Shown here in pieces: positions 56,430 to 64,000 of a DNA stretch of 64,000 nt. Origin of the DNA: Octopus vulgaris (Eukaryota); contig OX597814.1 in NCBI GenBank assembly GCA_951406725.2, positions 184,202,001 through 184,266,000 on the forward strand, read 5' to 3'. Each line of letters begins with the position of its first letter. Position 1 is the stretch's first letter. The position numbers were made by a program, and so were the translations under genes. The notes below the pieces were generated by a model. The model did no database searches and was not told the DNA's origin. It worked only from the letters and a program-made list of their open reading frames with translations.

Positions 56430-57005
56430 GATTTCAAATTTTGGTACTGGGCCAGCAATTTCGAGGAGCACGGAAGAGTCGATTATATCGGCCCCAGTAC
56501 TGAACTGGTGCTTATTTTATCGAGCCCGAAATTATGAAGGGCAAGGTCGACATCGGCGGAATTGGAACTCAGAACGTGAAGACGGATGAAATACCGCTAA
56601 TAATAATATCTACTCTAGGCACAAGGCCTTAAAATAATTTGGGAGAAGGGGGCTAGTCGATTACATCGATCCCAGTGCGTAACTGGTACTTAATTTATCG
56701 AACCCGAAAGGATGAAAGGCAAAGTCGACTTCGGCAGATTTTGAACTCAGAACATAGCGTCAGACGAAATACCTATTTCTTTACTACCCACAAGGGGCTA
56801 AACAAAGAAGGGACAAACAAGGACTGGCAAATGGATTAAGTCGATTATATCTATCCCAGTGCGTAACTGGTACTTATTTAATCGACCCCGAAAGGATGGA
56901 AGACAAAGTCGACCTCGGCGGAATTTGAACTCAGAATGTAGCGGCCGACGAAATACTGCTGAGCATTTCGCCCGGCGTGCTAACGTTTCTGACAGCTCGC
57001 CGCCT
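56430..57005 (-). mobile_element. SINE family A multimer (3 units)
   Basis: Three cores; junction CAGACGAAATACCTATTTCTTT at 56761. Confidence 0.88.
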
Positions 57006-57526
57006 TGATGCCGCTGATAATAATGAAAATAGAATGATAGTGATGCTAATAATGATAATTTTTAATAGTAATGATAATCATAATAATTATTAATAGTATT
57101 TGATAATGATAAAGGTGTTAATGACCACACACACACATATACATGCACATACATGTTTGTGAGTGTATGTGAAGTAGAAGTATGTATTCGATGTACAACG
57201 GTGAACGTTCTTTCTAACACTTCAATTTCTTCTATGAGAGTGGATGAATTTAAAAGAGGTGAAGAAAAATCTGACTGTTCAATTTCAGACCTGCCAACAG
57301 AAAAACAGCAACTTTTTCTATTCCTTGCGGCAGCCGTATTTAGTAATAAGCAACATTCCGGGTTGTAGTGCTAGTGTTGGCCCTCAATGCTATATCCAAG
57401 GATTTTAAAATACATAGAAGGCATCATAGCTCAATACCCACGGTTTATATATACACCGATAGTGTTCTTAGTAGGACGTTACGTAGGCATTTGTGTGTGT
57501 GTATATATATATGTATATATATATAT

Positions 57527-57697
57527 ATTAAGTCGATTATATCTACCCCAGTGCGTAACTGGTACTTATTTAATCGACCCCGAAGGGATGAAAGGCAAAG
57601 TCGACCTCGGCGGAATTTGAACTCAGAATGTAGCGGCCGACGAAATACTGCTAAGCATTTCGCCCGGCGTGCTAACGTTTCTGCCAGCTCGCCGCCT
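57527..57697 (-). mobile_element. SINE family A, 3'-truncated at (TA)n
   Basis: Nearly identical to 56836-57005 including the flank CCTTGATGCC.CTGATAATAATG. Confidence 0.9.
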
Positions 57698-57714
57698 TGA
57701 TGCCCCTGATAATA

Positions 57715-57746
<32 letters not shown>

Positions 57747-58345
57747 ATGTATATATGTATGTGTGTGGATACGTATATGGATAGATAGAAATACAGATAG
57801 ATTGGTACAAAGGTAATATAAAGGTAATTTATATAAGCAGACACACTCACATACATGCATACACATATACATACACGCACATACATACATACATACATAC
57901 ATACATACATAGGTGTATGCGCATGCACCCTGACACACACGCATGCATACGAAAAGAAAAGGGGCGTAATTCCAATGACGGACACAATCAACAACTATTG
58001 AAAAGGCTGCAAGTCGCAACAAAATTTTAGTAAAAAATAATAATTTAGTGGAAATCAGACCCGGGAGTCTGTTAAATCAATAGGGCACTAAAAGAGAATG
58101 ACTCTCTCCAGAAACAATAAAATATGTTTCAACACACGAATTCACATAAATAATCTTGCAAACCATTTAAAAGAGAAAACGAAATAATCTTCAACTATTG
58201 TATTTCTAGTTCTCGTATTTGTTAACTATTCTGTTTTCTATTTTTTTCCCCTTCTGATGTTTTCTTTCTTTCCTTCTTTCTTTCTTTCAACATTTTTTTT
58301 CACCACCCTCACTCCCTCTCCTTCTCTCACGTATTCATTCTCTCT

Positions 58346-58560
58346 CTCTTTTACTCTTTTACTTGTTTCAGTCATTTGACAGCGGCCATGCTGGAACACC
58401 GCCTTTAGTCGAGCAAATTGACCCCGGGACTTATTCTTTGTAAGCCCAGTACTTATTCTATCGGTCTCTTTTGCCGAACCGCTAAGTTACGGGGACGTAA
58501 ACACACCAGCATTGGTTGTCAAGCAATGCTAGGGGGACAGACACAGACACACAAACATAT

Positions 58561-58609
<49 letters not shown>

Positions 58610-58776
58610 TATACGACAGGCTTCTTTCAGTTTCCGTCTACCAAATCCACTCACAAGGCATTGGTCGGCCCGGGGCTATAGCAGAAGACGCTTGCCCAGG
58701 ATGCCACGCAGTGGGACTGAACCCGGAACCATGTGGTTGGTTAGCAAGCTACTTACCACACAGCCACTCCTGCGCC
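58346..58776 (-). mobile_element. SINE family B, full length
   Basis: Reverse complement of 32611-33017. Confidence 0.92.
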
Positions 58777-59029
58777 TTCTCTTCACTTTTCTTTACTATT
58801 TCCATTCTTTCTTTCATTCTCACTCTCTCTATTTCTCTCCCCAACGCTCTCTCACAATCTCTTTATATACACACGCGCGCACACGCACAATCTTCTCTTT
58901 CTTTCTCGTACTCTAATTTCTTTAATTCCTTCACACATTGTCTTCACTTTTTCTACCATTCAAATTCTGTCTGTCCTCGTCTCTATATTCTTTCTTTCTC
59001 TCGATTTCACGGTCTCTCTCTTTATTCCT

Positions 59030-59048
59030 ATTTCACAGTCTCTCTCTT

Positions 59049-59084
<36 letters not shown>

Positions 59085-59396
59085 ACTGTCTATGTCTGAC
59101 AGTCTGTCCGTCTATCTGTCTTTCTGTCTTTGTCTTTCTGTTTGTCTGTCTCTCTCTCTCTGTCTCTCTCCCTCTCTATGTATATCTACGTATCTATCTG
59201 TCTCTACATTTACTTCAGTCACCCTTCTTTCTCTCTCTCTCCCTCTCTCTCTCTTTGGCTTTCACTATCTGTCTGTCTGACAGTCTGTCCGTCTATCTGT
59301 CTGTGTGTCTGCCTGTCAGCCTCTCTCTCTCTCTCTCTCTCTCTCTCCCCGTCTGTCTCCCTGTCTGTCTCTCTCTCCCTGTATGTCTCTCTCTGT

Positions 59397-59428
<32 letters not shown>

Positions 59429-59625
59429 TCCTCCCTGTCTCTCCCTCTCTGTCTCTCTCTCTCTCTATGTCTCTCTCTCTCTCTCTCTATGTCACTCTCT
59501 TTCTGTCTCTGTCTCTCTCTGTCTGTCTGTCTGTCTCTCTGTCTGTTTGTCCCTCTCGCTGTCTCCCTCTCTCTGTCTCTCTCCCTCTCTATCTATATAT
59601 ATACATATCTATCTGTCTGTACTTT
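59030..59625. repeat. (CT)n/(CTGT)n polypyrimidine tract with internal duplication
   Basis: TGTCTGACAGTCTGTCCGTCTATCTGTC occurs twice. Confidence 0.9.
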
Positions 59626-60402
59626 GACTTCACTCACCCATTTCTCAGAACTCTCTCCGTCTCATAACATCCATTACCATATAATCCCACCTTTCCTCCC
59701 TTCCCCTCCCCGTTTTTCCGTGCCCCATTTTCCATCTTTCTCCATTTCACCCCTCCACATATTAACTAACTCTCCAAGCATCTCCCTACTTTTAACAACA
59801 TTTTCCTTTGTCTATTTTTAACTTCTGTTATTTTTCTCTCATGTCCTTCTCACCCATTCCTTCTCTAATTCAGTGTTTCTTGCAAACGATCTCTTCTCTT
59901 TAGTATATCCTTTATGTGAACCTAAATGTTCCTCCAACGCACCCCGCTTTTCTGTCAACTGTCTACTTCATATACATTACCCATTTCTCTCCCTTTCCTA
60001 CACACACTCTCCTCTCCTTCCATCTAATGATTCTCTTTTCCCCTACCACCTTTCGTTTTGTCTCTCAATCTATTTTTCTTCTGTCTAACAGTATCCCTCC
60101 TAAGGAGATAATAGTGTTAAGTAATGTTGCCTGGATACCACATGAACCAGATGATACTGTATAATTACAAATTAGGACGTCTTTGGAAACGACAGCTTTC
60201 CATTCCGCCTGACACATGTTATTCTCACTGAGATATTTATACAAGTGTAATGTGCTATTTTTTGTAACATTGTTTATATCCGGCCATGTGAAAATGTTGT
60301 AGACCCAGTAAGAGGTTCTGTATGTGTATACGTGAAATTATGAGCGCAAATATATACATACACGCACACACACACACACTCACACACACACACATATATA
60401 TA

Positions 60403-60567
60403 GGCGTAGGAGTAGCTGTATGGTAAATAGCTTGCTTACCAACCACATCGTTCCGAGTTCAGTCCCCCTGCGTGGCACCTTGGGCCAGTGTCTTCAGTTA
60501 TAGCCTCGGGCCGACCAAAGCCTTGTGAGTGGATTTGGTAGACGGAAACTGAAAGAAGCCCGTCGAA

Positions 60568-60628
<61 letters not shown>

Positions 60629-60705
60629 TTGTGTTTGTCCTCCCAACATCGCTTGACAATCGATGCTGATGTGTTTACGTCCCCGTAACTTAGCGGTTCG
60701 GAAAA
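60403..60705 (+). mobile_element. SINE family B, 3'-truncated
   Basis: Head and linker present; abuts the transposase fragment. Confidence 0.88.
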
Positions 60706-61283
60706 ATAGTAATGAAGGGGGTTGCAGTTTGGGGAGTTAGGTGGCCAGATGTTAGGAGTGATGTGGTCACAGAATTTGTCTAATAGCCATGACTCAGTTC
60801 TCCTGCTTCTGTGACATGGTGCAGAGTCCTGTTGCAAGACATAGTGTCTTCCAGCAGCCACCCTCTTGACTCAGGGCAGCACTACTTTCTCCGGGCACTT
60901 GATGTACGTCTCTGTGTAGAGTCTGAGGCCGTGTGGAATGATGAATGGAAGTATAACATCGCCATCACTAGTGATCACTCCAAACACCATGATGTTGACT
61001 GGATGTTTGATTTTTATCACTCTCGATACATGTCCTCAAATTGCACTGTCCTCAGATTGACAGTCTGAAATGTTCGTATTAGAACTTCTGGCGCGAGTGC
61101 CAAGCAGTATCGCATGTCATTTCCAAATTTCTGGCACAGTGAATCGCACCATGATGCTGTTTTTCTTACATACGGTGCCCAGCTGACCCTATTATACTGT
61201 GTAGTCGACAAAACCAAAAACATACTATGTGCAAGCGCGAAATTGAAAATATAAATGGCGACAATTTACCCATCGCATCCTAC
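60706..61283 (-). mobile_element. Decayed Tc1/mariner-superfamily element (DD37D/maT-like)
   Basis: YVLQQDSAPCH..WLLDKFCDHITPNIWPPNSPNCNPLHY matches the QQD.AP.H / WPP.SPDLNPLDY motifs. Confidence 0.8.
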
Positions 61284-62131
61284 ACCGAACATGTCAAATT
61301 TTCCTTTATCTCTTTGTAGATTGTAAAAATGATGAACAGCCTTAATCGGTTTCCAACCCTTAGTGTGATCTCACCTGAGGTGTCACCATTACTTGAGCAA
61401 TTCTAAGAGATTGGCTAAATAAAATAGACACCGCATTGTAGGACGGAAGACATAGGACGCCGAGTGTAAAGATTGAGCTAAAAGTTCTATGAAATTTGAA
61501 TTTATTCTCTTTAGCCGGAGATATGCCACATTATCATGCATCAACAGGCTCGGATTGTACTATAAAATTATTAAATTACCTCCAAGAGGTACTTTTTTAA
61601 TTTATTATCATATCAGTGTCTTTAAGAGAACTCAAAGAGCTTAAATTAATATGTGCATTTGAAATTTTGGACACAAGCTGGATTGCAAGCAATCCAAGAG
61701 GTATATTTAAAAATATAAATATATTATATTTTAGTAAAATAAACGCTAAGTCATACGCTTTGGTTGGTTCCCCTGTTTTTTTTTTTTTGTTTTTTTTTTT
61801 GTCAAAGCTGAAAGGAGAAAGAATTTGGCGTGATGAGAGAGAAAGAAAATATTGTAAAAAAAAAAAAAGTGGATCGGATAGATAGATAGATGGATGGGAA
61901 GGAGATTGCCTGAGTGGAAGGAGGAGGAGAACGAAAAAGAAAGGGAGCCAAATAGTCAGCAGTTTGTGTGAGAATGAACAGTGAGAGAGTATACTGCAAA
62001 AGGAGTGACAGATGAAAAATTAACGCAAGTAAGAGAGGAAAGTGAGGCAGGAAAAAACTCTGAGCTCTTTCAAGAACAGAGAGGTAATGTGATAAAATAA
62101 CATAAGTATAGTGATAACATGATTACAAACG

Positions 62132-62184
<53 letters not shown>

Positions 62185-62243
62185 CGAGTCACATATGTAC
62201 AATAGCAAGACGATACATATAGTTGGAGCTAATATATATATAT

Positions 62244-62306
<63 letters not shown>

Positions 62307-63514
62307 ATGTTCGCATGTAGTCTTATGAAAGAAATCTTATTTAAATAAGGCAAATATTTATTTCATTATTTTAACTATAAAGATTATGTTTAAAAAAAAA
62401 AATTTCCCCCATATATTTTCTTTTTTTGGTCTTGGTAATGTGATTAGCAAAATGCCTTCCAAGTTTGTGTTGCTGATAATGTACTGGGTTTCTTTCATTA
62501 AAACTTACTTTAAACAAGATATTCGTGAGAAGTACAGCTAAAATATCGTAATGCGTAATCTATGAATACATCACATGTTGTAACAAATTGTTATCGGTAA
62601 TGTGTGTAATTCAATTACGTTCTTACGATTTCCATGTTGTTATCGTATACATGAAATTGACATGTATTGCGCTCGAAAGTTTTTCAGTTAGGGAAGAAAA
62701 ATTTATTTTATTTATTAATGTTTTATTTGCATATGAATGCATATAAGGCTTAGAAGAAGAGTCGATTGAATCTATCCTTGCATTTACATGGTACAGATTT
62801 TATCAAGCGCATTGGATAAAATCGTCCCACAGTAAAATTTAAGCTCACAAAATAGCATTACAATATTACATATCTAATCAAGCTTATTTATAGTTTTTCT
62901 GTTCTGTCGCTCAGGCAATATTTTTGCTGTTCTTGTTTCATTTATTACATAATTATAATTATGCTATACGTCCTACGTATATCTTAAATATTTTGTAGGC
63001 TTAAACGCTCATAAAATGATAATGCAATGGTATTCCATTTCATGCCTATAAGAAATGTAGTGTGTGTGTTATGTAAGAATGTAAGTACACTAAAGAAAGA
63101 AAAACTGATTTCGAATATTGACGTACGTCGAGTACTTAATGGTCATCAAATTAATCCCAGTTGGAATTGAATTCAAAAGGCTAATGCGGTTTATCTATAA
63201 ACTTATACACAGTAGGCCTGGGCATTTTTTTTTTTGTTTTTGAGAAAGACAGACACTTACCCATTCTTACAAAACTAACACTGCTGTCCCCGTTACTGAA
63301 GTTTATCTAAGGGAATATCCACCGATTTGGCATCAGTGTCCTAGCAAGTGATGCTTTCAAAGCGCGTTGTGTTTGAACAGATACTATGGCGCTACTTTCG
63401 CAATTCTCTAACAGTTCTGTTAACTCACTGCCGTGGATTTGTAGTATTTCTTGATTCCAAAAGTATGAAAGGCAATGAGGGCCTTGAGTGGACTTGAACT
63501 TAGGGACAAGAGAG

Positions 63515-63887
63515 ACTCTTTACTCTTTTACTTGTTTCAATGATTTGACTGCAGCCATGCTGGAGCACCGCCTTTAGTCGAACAAATCAACCCCAGGACT
63601 TGTTCTTTTAAGTCTAGTACTTATTTTATCGGTCTCTATTGCCGAGCCGCTAAGTTACGGGGACGTAAACACACTAGCATCGGTTGGAGTACCAAACATA
63701 CACACGCATATATATATACATACATATATACGACGGGTTTCTTTCAGTTTCCCTCTACCAAATCCACTCACAAGGCTTTGGTCTGCCCGAGACTATAGTA
63801 GAAGACACTTGCCCAAAGTGCCACGCAGTGGGACTGAACACGGAATCATGTGGTTCGTAAGCAAGCTACTTACCACACAGCCACTCC
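63515..63887 (-). mobile_element. SINE family B with a small internal deletion
   Basis: Reverse-complement tail, core and head. Confidence 0.9.
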
Positions 63888-64000
63888 GGAACAAATATTG
63901 TGAAACCTTCTATTCAACACGCTAACATCAATGCTAATTAGCTGATGTCAAAACACTAACGGATATAATTAACTACCACATGGTATTTAGTTCGGTGCTC

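Noticed and set aside
58516-59821. Leu/Ser-rich ORFs up to 254 aa
   Set aside because: Translations of a SINE plus (CT)n tracts

Overview
AT-rich, repeat-saturated eukaryotic non-coding DNA (intergenic or a very large intron); I could not support any host exon. The two dominant tRNA-derived SINE families and the dense (TA)n/(CA)n/(TAT)n microsatellites resemble an octopus/coleoid cephalopod genome (inference from pattern recognition, not a search). Contents: (1) a young, almost intact APE-endonuclease + RT LINE of the CR1/L2 group (19917-23558, after a 100-N gap); (2) decayed fragments of Penelope-like, RTE, RTE-X-like, R4/Dong and CR1-like retroelements; (3) an ORF1-only gag-knuckle element; (4) a deleted mariner, a DD37D/maT-like fragment and an 8-bp-TSD MITE; (5) about 20 SINE loci. 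The most notable hidden signal is a set of type I hammerhead ribozyme motifs, 4 near-complete and several decayed. They sit in short non-coding elements inserted in (TA)n tracts, two of them inside the TA linker of a SINE. Also notable is a covarying 3' stem-loop + GAAAC shared by the LINE and one SINE family, which suggests a SINE-LINE partnership. Most long ORFs in the ORF track are microsatellite artefacts (YIYI...).
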